Positions 28,283 through 37,343 of a stretch of DNA of 64,000 nucleotides are shown here, one piece after another; position 1 is the first letter of the stretch; each line of letters starts with the position of its first letter. Source of the stretch: an uncultured Rhodospirillaceae bacterium (GTDB taxonomy: Bacteria; Pseudomonadota; Alphaproteobacteria; Rhodospirillales; UBA2165); contig CAZXGI010000005.1 of NCBI GenBank assembly GCA_964639965.1, forward strand, positions 314 through 64,313. Reading direction: 5' to 3'. The notes beneath the pieces are model-generated. The model saw only the letters and a list, made by a program, of their open reading frames with translations. It was not told the DNA's origin and ran no database searches. A program made the position numbers and the translations under genes.

Positions 28283-30416
28283 TTTGCAACCTAATGTTGA
28301 TCAATGGATTGAATTGGTTAGCGATGGTCGCATACTCCTCCATACTGGGAAAGTTGATATTGGCCAACGCATTTCGACAGCTCTAGCTCTCATTGCAGCA
28401 GAAGAGCTTAATGTAGATTATGATCGCATTGATGTTAAGCGAACTGAAACGGGTATTGATCCTAATGAAGGGTTTACAGCTGGTAGCATGTCCATGCAAC
28501 ATTCGGGTAAGGCAATACGACTAGCTAGTGCAACAGCACGAGAATTTATGCTAAAAATGGCAGCTAAAAGATTGGATGTCGATATCCAATATTTGGATAT
28601 AGATGATGGCCTGATACAGTCCCGAAGTTCAAATAAATCAATTACATACTGGGAATTGATGTCAGAAAAGAAATTTAACGTTCCCGTTGATGAGGGAATA
28701 AAAATTAAAACCCCCGACCAACATAAGTTTGTTGGAACCCGTGTTATGGCAAAAGACATGGTAAGTATCATGACAGGAGAAATGGCTTATATTCATGATA
28801 TGGTTTTAGACGATATGCTGCACGCACGTTTGGTTAGGCCACCTCATTATCTGGCTGAGCTAGAGAGTTTGGATGACCAGTTAATTTCACGTCTAATTGA
28901 AAGTAATATTCGAATGATACGTGATGGTAGTTTTTTAGCTGTTGCCGCCCAGGATGAGTATGCTGCGGTCAAGGCAGCCAAGCGAGTGGCCGCTTCAGCA
29001 AAATGGGATTTAAAAGATGGTTTGCCAACAAAAGAAATATTTGATGCGTTAACATCAAATGAACGGATTAGTTTGCCTGTTGCTCCCGGAGGGGTGCCTA
29101 TTGATGAGCCTGTAATGCCAGTCGGAGATTCATTTGGTGAATCTAGTGTCTCTCTATCGGCTCGTTTTGAAAAGCCTTACCACATGCATGGGTCAATCGG
29201 GCCTTCTGCAGGATGCGCACTTTTTGAGAAAAATAAGTTAACAGTTTGGACGCATAACCAGGGTGTTTATCCGCTTCGCGATGCAATGGCTGAGGCACTT
29301 GGGATGGAGCTCGATGATATACATATTGTGTTTGTTCCGGGATCAGGATGTTATGGACATAATGGTGCAGATGATGCCGCTTATGAAGCTGGTCTAATAG
29401 CCCGAGCTATTCCGGGTAAACCGATTTTATTAAAATGGACAAGAGATGATGAACATGCGTGGGAACCTTATGGGTCGGCAATGGTCTGCAAAATGCAGGC
29501 TAGTTTGGGAAAAGATGGTAAAGTTGTTGCTTGGTCCCATGAAAGTTATAGTGATACTCATATGGGGCGTCCCGCACCAGGTCGTTTGGGGTCTCCTGCT
29601 GAAAAATTATTGTCAACTCATTTTCAGGAAAACTCTTTGGATTGGCCAATTATGCCACCGACGATGGGACCCCATGTAGGTATCCATAGGAACTTGGAAC
29701 CATTATATAATTTTCCAAATCCTCGATTAGTAAAAAATTTAGTACGTGATTTACCGTTGAGGGTATCAGCTCTGCGTACTCTTGGAGCTTTTGCCAATGT
29801 ATCAGCTTTAGAATCGTTTATGGATGAACTTGCTGAAGCGGGAAATATTTCGCCCATTCAATTTCGTTTGAATCATCTCGATGATGAAAAAGCCATAGAT
29901 GTTATCGAGACACTTGGCAAGAGGATGTCGACTGAGAAAGCAGGTATTCCGGAGGGGTTTGGAGCTGGTATGGCTTTCGCCCAGTATAAAAATTCTGCGG
30001 CGTATTGTGCCGTAGGAATTGAAGTGGAAGTTAATGATGCCGCAGAAGTATTATTGCATCGCGCATGGGTTGTTGCTGATGCCGGAGAGGTTGTTGATCC
30101 CGATGGCTTAACGGCTCAACTGGAGGGAGGAGTAATTCAGGCCGCTAGTTGGTCTCTGATGGAGCAAGTTATGTTTGATAGTGGGGGAATTACAAGCAGG
30201 GATTGGGATAGTTACCCTATTCTCAGTTTTAATAATATTCCCAAAATTGAAACCACACTAATGGATTGCCCGGGCGAACCGTTTCTCGGCGTGGGAGAGG
30301 CAAGCTCTGGACCTACAGGTGGTGCTATTATTAATGCTATATATAATACAATAGGTCTTCGTCTTCGCCGAATGCCATTTAACCCGGATGCAATTCGTTC
30401 AGCCGCAATGAATTGA
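28260..30416 (+). CDS. molybdopterin-binding large subunit of a two-subunit molybdenum hydroxylase (IorB-like)
   Basis: ORF 28245-30416. The ATG at 28260 follows GAAGGAGG and overlaps the small-subunit gene by 23 nt. About 718 aa with GSGCYGHNGADDAA and GVGEASSGPTGGAIINAI motifs typical of the xanthine-dehydrogenase/aldehyde-oxidase Mo-binding family. No signal peptide is seen. Confidence 0.8.
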   Translation: MAKHPSIDLQPNVDQWIELVSDGRILLHTGKVDIGQRISTALALIAAEELNVDYDRIDVKRTETGIDPNEGFTAGSMSMQHSGKAIRLASATAREFMLKMAAKRLDVDIQYLDIDDGLIQSRSSNKSITYWELMSEKKFNVPVDEGIKIKTPDQHKFVGTRVMAKDMVSIMTGEMAYIHDMVLDDMLHARLVRPPHYLAELESLDDQLISRLIESNIRMIRDGSFLAVAAQDEYAAVKAAKRVAASAKWDLKDGLPTKEIFDALTSNERISLPVAPGGVPIDEPVMPVGDSFGESSVSLSARFEKPYHMHGSIGPSAGCALFEKNKLTVWTHNQGVYPLRDAMAEALGMELDDIHIVFVPGSGCYGHNGADDAAYEAGLIARAIPGKPILLKWTRDDEHAWEPYGSAMVCKMQASLGKDGKVVAWSHESYSDTHMGRPAPGRLGSPAEKLLSTHFQENSLDWPIMPPTMGPHVGIHRNLEPLYNFPNPRLVKNLVRDLPLRVSALRTLGAFANVSALESFMDELAEAGNISPIQFRLNHLDDEKAIDVIETLGKRMSTEKAGIPEGFGAGMAFAQYKNSAAYCAVGIEVEVNDAAEVLLHRAWVVADAGEVVDPDGLTAQLEGGVIQAASWSLMEQVMFDSGGITSRDWDSYPILSFNNIPKIETTLMDCPGEPFLGVGEASSGPTGGAIINAIYNTIGLRLRRMPFNPDAIRSAAMN

Positions 30417-30427
30417 TTAGATAGCAA

Positions 30428-32242
30428 ATGCCTAATAAAATTTTAAATAATATATTTGGTTATGAAACATTTCGCCATGGCCAATTAGAAGTTATAGAAG
30501 CACTAATTAAAAAAGTTAATACGTTAGCAGTTATGCCGACAGGTTCAGGTAAATCAGTTTGTTTCCAAATACCCGCTTTGATTCACGGAGGATTAACTGT
30601 CGTGGTCTCTCCGCTGGTTGCCTTAATGGAAGACCAGGTATCTGCACTGAAGTTGTTAGGCGTCGAGGCAGAGACCATCAATTCGTCTCGGACGAGGGAA
30701 GAAAATATTGTTGTTTGGAATCGAGTTGTCAAAGGCGAGGTAAGACTTTTATATTTAGCCCCAGAACGTTTGATGGCGCAGCGTATGGTTAAGGCTTTGG
30801 TTGGTCTTCCTATTTCCTTGTTTGCAATTGACGAGGCCCACTGCTTGTCTCGTTGGGGTCCTTCATTCAGGCCAGATTATGAAGCTTTAGCCAAGCTTAG
30901 AGATATTTTTCCAGATGTGCCAATTGCTGCTTTAACCGCCACCGCTGACAAATCCACTCAAGAAGATATTGTTAATCAATTATTTGGTGGCAGGGGTAAA
31001 GTTTTTGTATCTGGTTTTGACCGTCCAAACATAAACCTTGGCGTAACAATGAGGGTTAATGCAAAAAAACAATTGCTGGATTTTCTTAAAGAATACTCTG
31101 GTGAAAGTGGAATTATTTATTGCTTGTCTCGCGCTAAAACAGAGAAAACAGCGGAATTTTTGTTAGAAAATGGTTACACTGCATTAGCGTACCATGCGGG
31201 AATGACTTCTGATCGTCGTGCACAAACTCAAACTGCTTTTATAACGGATACAGAAGGGATGATTATTGTCGCGACGATAGCTTTTGGTATGGGAATTGAC
31301 AAACCAGATGTACGTTTTGTGGTGCATATGGACATGCCCGGAAATATTGAAACCTATTATCAAGAGGTTGGTAGAGCTGGCCGTGATGGCAAACATGCTG
31401 TTGCGAATATGTTTTATGGTTTAGACGATTTGCGCATGCGCCGAGTTTTTATTGAACAAGGTGGTGGAGATTCGAACCACAAGCGGCGCGAACATAAACG
31501 CCTAGATGCGCTGATATCTTATTGCGAGTCTTCCGAATGCAGAAGACATGCTTTACTAGGTTATTTTAACGAGATGCAAATGGCAAAATCGGGTTGTGAT
31601 AATTGTGATATTTGTCTTCAGCCCCCTGAAATGAAGGACGGCACCCAAGCAGCACAAAAATTATTGACCGTGGTTTTGCAAACAGGTGAATTGTTTGGCC
31701 AAGCACATGTCATTGATGTTTTATGTGGCGCAAATACAGAAAAAATTCGCTCCTTTAAACATGAGAAACTACCGTCATATGGAATTGGGCGTGACGTTGA
31801 TAAAAACACGTGGAGAACGATTTTACGCCAGTTGGTTGCTGGGGGGTATTTGAATCTTGATGTTGCTGGATATGGGGGGTTGAGCCTACTTCCAAAAGGT
31901 CAAGAAATTTTGGAAGGTGATCGATTTTTTAATTATCGAAGTGATTTGATCTCCACTATTAAGGGAAAAAAAGTTAAAAACTCAAGGAAATTTGTTTCCC
32001 AGAATGTAAGCGTTGGGCAAGCTGAATTGCTTTTGGAGTTAAAAGAAAAACGAACGGAACTTGCCAGAAAACGCCGAGTGCCTCCATATATGATTTTTTC
32101 AGACCGTTCTCTTGAAGATATGGCACACTATAAGCCAAAAGATGAAATTGCCTTTGCAGAGATTCATGGGGTTGGTGCAGCTAAACTGAGGGATTTTGGC
32201 CCTGATTTTATTGGTGTCGTTAATAGTTTTATTTATAAGTGA
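30428..32242 (+). CDS. recQ: ATP-dependent DNA helicase RecQ
   Basis: 604 aa. MPTGSGKS, DEAHCLSRWG, the zinc-binding CRRHALLGYF...CDNCDIC, and a C-terminal HRDC region (PPYMIFSDRSLEDMA). Confidence 0.95.
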   Translation: MPNKILNNIFGYETFRHGQLEVIEALIKKVNTLAVMPTGSGKSVCFQIPALIHGGLTVVVSPLVALMEDQVSALKLLGVEAETINSSRTREENIVVWNRVVKGEVRLLYLAPERLMAQRMVKALVGLPISLFAIDEAHCLSRWGPSFRPDYEALAKLRDIFPDVPIAALTATADKSTQEDIVNQLFGGRGKVFVSGFDRPNINLGVTMRVNAKKQLLDFLKEYSGESGIIYCLSRAKTEKTAEFLLENGYTALAYHAGMTSDRRAQTQTAFITDTEGMIIVATIAFGMGIDKPDVRFVVHMDMPGNIETYYQEVGRAGRDGKHAVANMFYGLDDLRMRRVFIEQGGGDSNHKRREHKRLDALISYCESSECRRHALLGYFNEMQMAKSGCDNCDICLQPPEMKDGTQAAQKLLTVVLQTGELFGQAHVIDVLCGANTEKIRSFKHEKLPSYGIGRDVDKNTWRTILRQLVAGGYLNLDVAGYGGLSLLPKGQEILEGDRFFNYRSDLISTIKGKKVKNSRKFVSQNVSVGQAELLLELKEKRTELARKRRVPPYMIFSDRSLEDMAHYKPKDEIAFAEIHGVGAAKLRDFGPDFIGVVNSFIYK

Positions 32243-32345
32243 GCAAGGTATAGGAGTTTATATTTTCGAATTGTGAGCATTTCTTTTTGAATGTGATGGA
32301 GATGTAACCAAATATTTAGTTTGGATTAAATATAAGGATTATTAT

Positions 32346-32906
32346 ATGCGTTTAAATCTTGGTTGCGGGGATGCTCGTATGGATGGATATCTGAATGTTG
32401 ATAAAGAAGCTGGATGTCAACCTGATAAAATTCAGGATTTAGAAGTTTTTCCATGGGATTTCGACGACAATAGTGTTGATCAAATTTTATTGAGTCATGT
32501 TCTTGAGCATTTAGGGCAGACCACAGAAATTTATCTTTCAATTTTGCAAGAACTTTATCGAATTAGTAAGCCGGGCGCACAAATTGATATAAGAGTACCA
32601 CATCCCCGACATGATGATTTTGTAACTGACCCCACACATGTCCGACCGATTTTGCCTGGACAATTTCATATGTATTCAAAAAGAAATAATAAAGAATGGC
32701 GCGAACAGGGAATCGCGAATACACCTTTGGCAGATTATCTTGATATTGATTTTGAGGTTGAGGATGTGACGTGGGTGCCCGATAAGAAGTGGCTAAGCCG
32801 TTTACAGGGAGGCGTAATAACTTCAGACGAACTTGCGGAAAAAGCTGAGCATGAATTTAATATTATCAAAGAGGTTCAAATTCAGTTAAAGGTAGTCAAG
32901 GAGTAA
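32346..32906 (+). CDS. small class I SAM-dependent methyltransferase (Methyltransf_11-like)
   Basis: 186 aa. Starts MRLNLGCGDARMDGYLNVD and contains SVDQILLSHVLEHL. Confidence 0.65.
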   Translation: MRLNLGCGDARMDGYLNVDKEAGCQPDKIQDLEVFPWDFDDNSVDQILLSHVLEHLGQTTEIYLSILQELYRISKPGAQIDIRVPHPRHDDFVTDPTHVRPILPGQFHMYSKRNNKEWREQGIANTPLADYLDIDFEVEDVTWVPDKKWLSRLQGGVITSDELAEKAEHEFNIIKEVQIQLKVVKE

Positions 32907-33068
32907 AAAAGCTATTTGGAGAAATAGAAGTTTTCATTTAGCAAAACATTTATGTTTTTACCTTGCATTAGGAGCTTAAATATTTTGTGTTGTATTAATA
33001 CGATTTTCGTTATTATTCTATAGCTAATCCTAGGTGATTTATTCAGTATTTTTTTTGGGGGAACGAAA

Positions 33069-35276
33069 ATGCTTTTCTTGTCGCGTAAAAAAAGACCTTT
33101 TGAACTTGGGCCATATCCGCTTGAGAGACTATCACATGACGATAGTGTTATTGTTCTGGAGTCAGATAAGCCCCGAGTTCAACGGCCTTTGCCCGTAAAA
33201 ACCCCTAATCCAAATACTTTCTCAAGGGCCATAAAAAAATATAAGACGATGTTTAGGGAATTAGGGGAGGTCGATCCTATTCCAAATAAAGCGCCGGTTC
33301 CAGATGACTTGGCATTGAGAACAAAGGATATAAAAGGGGCCGCCTATTTTTTAGACGCGTCGCAAGTTGGCATTTGCAAAGTGGGTGAAAACTCTTGGTA
33401 TGAGGGTTTGGAGACGCGGAATCATACCCATGCTGTAGTAATTGTTGTGAAATCGGGTCGAACTCCGGAGGCTGAAAATGTTGCTCATGAATGGGTTAAG
33501 GGTCACGAGATTGCTGTCGCCGAACTTCGAGCTGTTGAAATTGCTATAGCTATTTCTGAACATATTCAGTGGATGGGTTTTGAGGCTAAAGCACACGATT
33601 ATGAGGAAGGTGAAATCGATATAGATCGTTTGTCCGTCATGGCAGGCCTCGGGGTTAGAGAGGATAAAAAAATAATAAACCCTTTTCTTGGGGAAGCTTA
33701 TGCTGTCTCTGCCGTGACTACAAATTACGCGTTAAAGGAGGATGAGCCCCTTGCCCCTACTGTTAAGAATGGAAGGGGTTTAAGCTATTGGTTAGGGCTC
33801 GGGAGCGCGGTGCCTGGCATCGAATGGAACCGTCGAAACAAACGAGCGACGCATTTAAGTGCCTATCCCATGGAAACGGTAAAAAGGGTGGATAGACCAA
33901 CTACAGTTATTATTGATGACGAAGTGCCTTCTGTTCCCAAACGCGCTGAATTTTTTGCTCGCTCTGAAGCTGGAGATTTAGGGGAGAAATCCCAGATTGA
34001 ACGTAAACGTTTTTCATTTAAGCATCCATTTGCCATGTCGATGGTTAGTTTGATTAGGCGTATGGTTCCTGAACAAGACGGTGACGTAAATAGTAACGCA
34101 GTTAATGATTTCACTGATCCGGTGGCGAACGCAAAAGCAATAAAATCTGTTTCATATTTATTAGGGTCTGAGATAACAGGAATTTGTAAAATTCCGGAAT
34201 ATGCTTGGTATTCTAATCGAAAAGATGGTTCCAAAATTCCTTACAAGCATAAATACGCCGTCGTTATGTTAGTAGACCAGGGCTATGAAACAATGGAGGG
34301 GGCTTCAGGTGATGATTTTATTTCTGGTGCTCAGTCAATGCGCGCATACATGCGAGGTGCCGAAATAGCGGGGGTCATGGCTGAACATTTGCGAGCGAAT
34401 GGATTTTCATCGCGTCCACAAACAAATGCCGATTCCGATGTTATTCATGTGTCGCTCGTGCTGTGGTCAGGTCTTGGTGAACTGTCGCGCATCGGTGAAG
34501 TTGTATTAAATCCATTTATTGGTCCACGTCTGAAAACTGTTGTGATGACAACTGATATGCCACTTGAGGTTGATAAACCGATTGACTTTGGCCTGCAGAA
34601 ATTTTGCTCAAACTGTTATAAATGTGCCCGGGAATGTCCATGTGATGCAATTTCTTGGGGAAATAAAGTCATGTTTAATGGCTACGAAATGTGGAAGCCA
34701 GATGTTGAACGGTGTACGCGTTACCGACTTACTAATCCAAAAGGCCTTGCTTGCGGGAGATGTATGAAAACATGCCCACTTAATAAAGTCGTTACCTGGG
34801 AGGGGCCTTTAATGACGCGGGTGGCATCTTGGTTAGGAATAAATGCTCGTTTTTTAAAGCCAATCTTGATTCCTATTGCGGTTTGGCTTGATGATTGGTT
34901 AGGACATGGAATTCGCAATCCTCTCAAAAAATGGTGGTTGGATATGGAAATAGTTGATGGGCACGCTGTTGAACCAACCAAAGGTGTTAATCAACGTGAT
35001 TTAAATCTTAAACATAAAATAGATCCGGTCGAGCAAAAAATGGCTTACTATCATGCTAGCGATATGCCTCCACCGAATTCTGTTGAGCCAGTTATGGTGG
35101 ATCGAAAAGCGGCTCTTAAGGCAAAAGAGCTTTTGGAGACTCCTTTGGAAGCTTTGGCGCGTGTTGCTGCTGGGGGGCCAAAACCAAAACATTACATTCC
35201 AACTCCACCTCTTGAAAATCAAGAAGTCCAAATTGAGGAATTAAAAAAGAAAGATCTATGGTGGGGCAAACACTGA
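33069..35276 (+). CDS. reductive dehalogenase-like cobalamin/[4Fe-4S] protein, cytoplasmic long form (NpRdhA/BhbA-like catabolic type)
   Basis: 735 aa with no Tat or Sec signal. Cluster 1 is FCSNCYKCARECP (nt 34605-34640) and cluster 2 is C-x12-CGRCMKTCP (nt 34713-34778). It is preceded by the RdhA-core pattern IKSVSYLLGSEITGICKIPEYAWY...HKYAVVMLV...LNPFIGPRLKTVVMTTDMPL. Confidence 0.75.
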   Translation: MLFLSRKKRPFELGPYPLERLSHDDSVIVLESDKPRVQRPLPVKTPNPNTFSRAIKKYKTMFRELGEVDPIPNKAPVPDDLALRTKDIKGAAYFLDASQVGICKVGENSWYEGLETRNHTHAVVIVVKSGRTPEAENVAHEWVKGHEIAVAELRAVEIAIAISEHIQWMGFEAKAHDYEEGEIDIDRLSVMAGLGVREDKKIINPFLGEAYAVSAVTTNYALKEDEPLAPTVKNGRGLSYWLGLGSAVPGIEWNRRNKRATHLSAYPMETVKRVDRPTTVIIDDEVPSVPKRAEFFARSEAGDLGEKSQIERKRFSFKHPFAMSMVSLIRRMVPEQDGDVNSNAVNDFTDPVANAKAIKSVSYLLGSEITGICKIPEYAWYSNRKDGSKIPYKHKYAVVMLVDQGYETMEGASGDDFISGAQSMRAYMRGAEIAGVMAEHLRANGFSSRPQTNADSDVIHVSLVLWSGLGELSRIGEVVLNPFIGPRLKTVVMTTDMPLEVDKPIDFGLQKFCSNCYKCARECPCDAISWGNKVMFNGYEMWKPDVERCTRYRLTNPKGLACGRCMKTCPLNKVVTWEGPLMTRVASWLGINARFLKPILIPIAVWLDDWLGHGIRNPLKKWWLDMEIVDGHAVEPTKGVNQRDLNLKHKIDPVEQKMAYYHASDMPPPNSVEPVMVDRKAALKAKELLETPLEALARVAAGGPKPKHYIPTPPLENQEVQIEELKKKDLWWGKH

Positions 35277-35425
35277 GCAGCGTTTTATTGTTCAACATTC
35301 TGTCGTGCAAGTTAATTTGAAAAATTTTTCAAGAAAATGTTAATTAGAGTGAATTGGTACCTCTAATAATTTGTGTCATAAACTCATCCTGCGGACCATA
35401 TAATAAAGTAAGGAGATTTTACTAA

Positions 35426-36490
35426 ATGTTTTTTAAATGTTCTCACCGTGCGCCAGATGATGATCAAAAAAGTGGAAAAATTATCTCTAACGGATCTTCA
35501 TCTAAAGTTGTGGATATCCATTGTCATAGGGAATGTGCTCCAGCAGCTGAAATGATGAAGGCTGAGGCAGAGCGTGTTGGTTTTGGTGCCCTTTCCTTCG
35601 GCAGCAAACTTACAAAAGAAGTTAACCAACAACAACTGATTGATATTAAGCCCAAAATGGAGTCTTTGGATGAACGGATTGCCGATATGGATAGAATGGG
35701 TGTTGATGTTCAAGCAGTTTCAATATCCCCTTATCAATATTATTATTGGTCTGAACCGGAAGTTGGATGTGATGTATCTAAACTAATCAACAATGATCTT
35801 GCTGATGCTATTAGCAAAAAACCAGATCGCTTAGTTGGTTTGGGTACAGTGCCGTTACAAAATACTGAAATGGCAATCGAGGAGCTCAAACGTTGTGTTA
35901 ATGAACTTGGCTTTAGAGGTATCGAAATTAATAGCCAAATATCTGGTGAAGAAATATCATCTCCTCGTTTAGAACCTTTTTGGGCTATGGTTGAAGAGTT
36001 GGATATTGTCGTCTTTATTCATACGGCAGGGTTTAGCCATCCAGATCGTTTGAAGGACCATTATTTTATCAATTTGATTGGGCATCCAATAGAAGCAACT
36101 TTGGCCATTTCCCGACTTATTTTTGACGGTATTATGGAGAATCATCCAGGTCTCAAAATTGTTGTGGCACATGGGGGAGGATTTCTGCCAGCCTATTCTG
36201 GCCGTATGGACCATGCTTACCGTGCTCGTAAAGATGTACGCGAAGGGCTTCCTGAATTACCGACTGATTATCTTAAGCGCTTTTATTTCGATACTATGGT
36301 GTTTGAACCCGATCAATTAAAATATTTAATTGAAAAGTTTGGTCCAGATCATATCCTTCTTGGAACAGATTATCCTTATGATATGGGTGAACATGATCCT
36401 CTTGCCTTAATAAATAAGGTTGAAGGATTAAATGAGTTTGATTGTTCATCGATTTGTGGTGGTAATGCGCAGAAGCTCTTGAAGATCTAA
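35426..36490 (+). CDS. amidohydrolase-2 (ACMSD/LigW-type metal-dependent decarboxylase/hydratase family)
   Basis: 354 aa. VVDIHCH (HxH), VFIHTAG, VVAHGGGFLPAYSGRMDH and LLGTDYPYDMGE are the ligand pattern of PF04909-type enzymes. AAGGAG lies upstream of the ATG. Confidence 0.75.
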   Translation: MFFKCSHRAPDDDQKSGKIISNGSSSKVVDIHCHRECAPAAEMMKAEAERVGFGALSFGSKLTKEVNQQQLIDIKPKMESLDERIADMDRMGVDVQAVSISPYQYYYWSEPEVGCDVSKLINNDLADAISKKPDRLVGLGTVPLQNTEMAIEELKRCVNELGFRGIEINSQISGEEISSPRLEPFWAMVEELDIVVFIHTAGFSHPDRLKDHYFINLIGHPIEATLAISRLIFDGIMENHPGLKIVVAHGGGFLPAYSGRMDHAYRARKDVREGLPELPTDYLKRFYFDTMVFEPDQLKYLIEKFGPDHILLGTDYPYDMGEHDPLALINKVEGLNEFDCSSICGGNAQKLLKI

Positions 36491-36542
36491 TATTCGATAT
36501 GTAGCAGAATTTTTTCAAGATCAATAGCGGGGGCCGTAGCAA

Positions 36543-37343
36543 TCAATCTCTGGGTTCAGAAATACTAGATGGGTCTGTTGTGGTTAATCTTGAAGCTCTG
36601 GCTTCTTGTTTTTTGAAAGATTTTAAGCCGAAAGGGAATGAAATTATATAGAATATTAGAATGATTGTTAGGGTTAGCCATGGAGCGCTTACAGCTAAAG
36701 CTGCAACCAATCCTGCAGCTAGCATTGTTAAGAGAATAAATCTATGCTGTATGCGTAACGTTTTGAATGAGTAGGTTGGAAGCTGGCTCACTAAAAGACC
36801 TGAGACAACAAGAATAAAAATAGCGACGAAAAATGGCTCTTTTACTATGTCTGCTTTAGTTTGGAATGAGATAATCATAGGTAATAGTACGAGGCCAGCT
36901 CCCGCGGGTACAGGCACCCCGGTAAAGTAGTTTTTGGTCCAATTTGGAGGCTCAGGTTTATCAATATTAGTATTAAATCTAGCAAGCCTAAGTGCGCAGC
37001 ACACACAAAATAATAGCACTAGGACCCATCCCCATTGCCCAGCAGTTTTCATAGTCCAGAGATAAAGTAACAATGCAGGTGCCACGCCGAAGCAAATAAA
37101 ATCTGATAAGCTATCCAGCTCTGCGCCAAATTTGCTAGTACCGCGAAGAGCGCGGGCGATCCGGCCATCCAAAGAATCTAAAATAGCTGCAATAGTGAGG
37201 GAAAGAATTGCAGGTTCCCACTTTTCATCCAAACCAAATCGCATAGCTGTCATTCCGGCACAGAGAGCCAGCATGGTTAAAATATTTGGAATCATTGTAT
37301 TAAAGGAAAGGCCTTTTAATCGTCTACGTCTTTTATGAAACAT
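36543..37343 (-). CDS. pssA: CDP-diacylglycerol--serine O-phosphatidyltransferase
   Basis: 266 aa, polytopic. CDP-alcohol phosphotransferase motif DSLDGRIARALRGTSKFGAELDSLSD. Confidence 0.9.
   Translation of the reverse strand: MFHKRRRRLKGLSFNTMIPNILTMLALCAGMTAMRFGLDEKWEPAILSLTIAAILDSLDGRIARALRGTSKFGAELDSLSDFICFGVAPALLLYLWTMKTAGQWGWVLVLLFCVCCALRLARFNTNIDKPEPPNWTKNYFTGVPVPAGAGLVLLPMIISFQTKADIVKEPFFVAIFILVVSGLLVSQLPTYSFKTLRIQHRFILLTMLAAGLVAALAVSAPWLTLTIILIFYIISFPFGLKSFKKQEARASRLTTTDPSSISEPRD

Noticed and set aside
30428-32906. RecQ helicase plus adjacent methyltransferase as a possible defence module
   Set aside because: RecQ has the complete housekeeping architecture: helicase core, zinc-binding RQC and HRDC. 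The methyltransferase is a small-molecule or protein type (Methyltransf_11-like) without DNA-methylase motifs. The two genes are separated by a 103-bp spacer.
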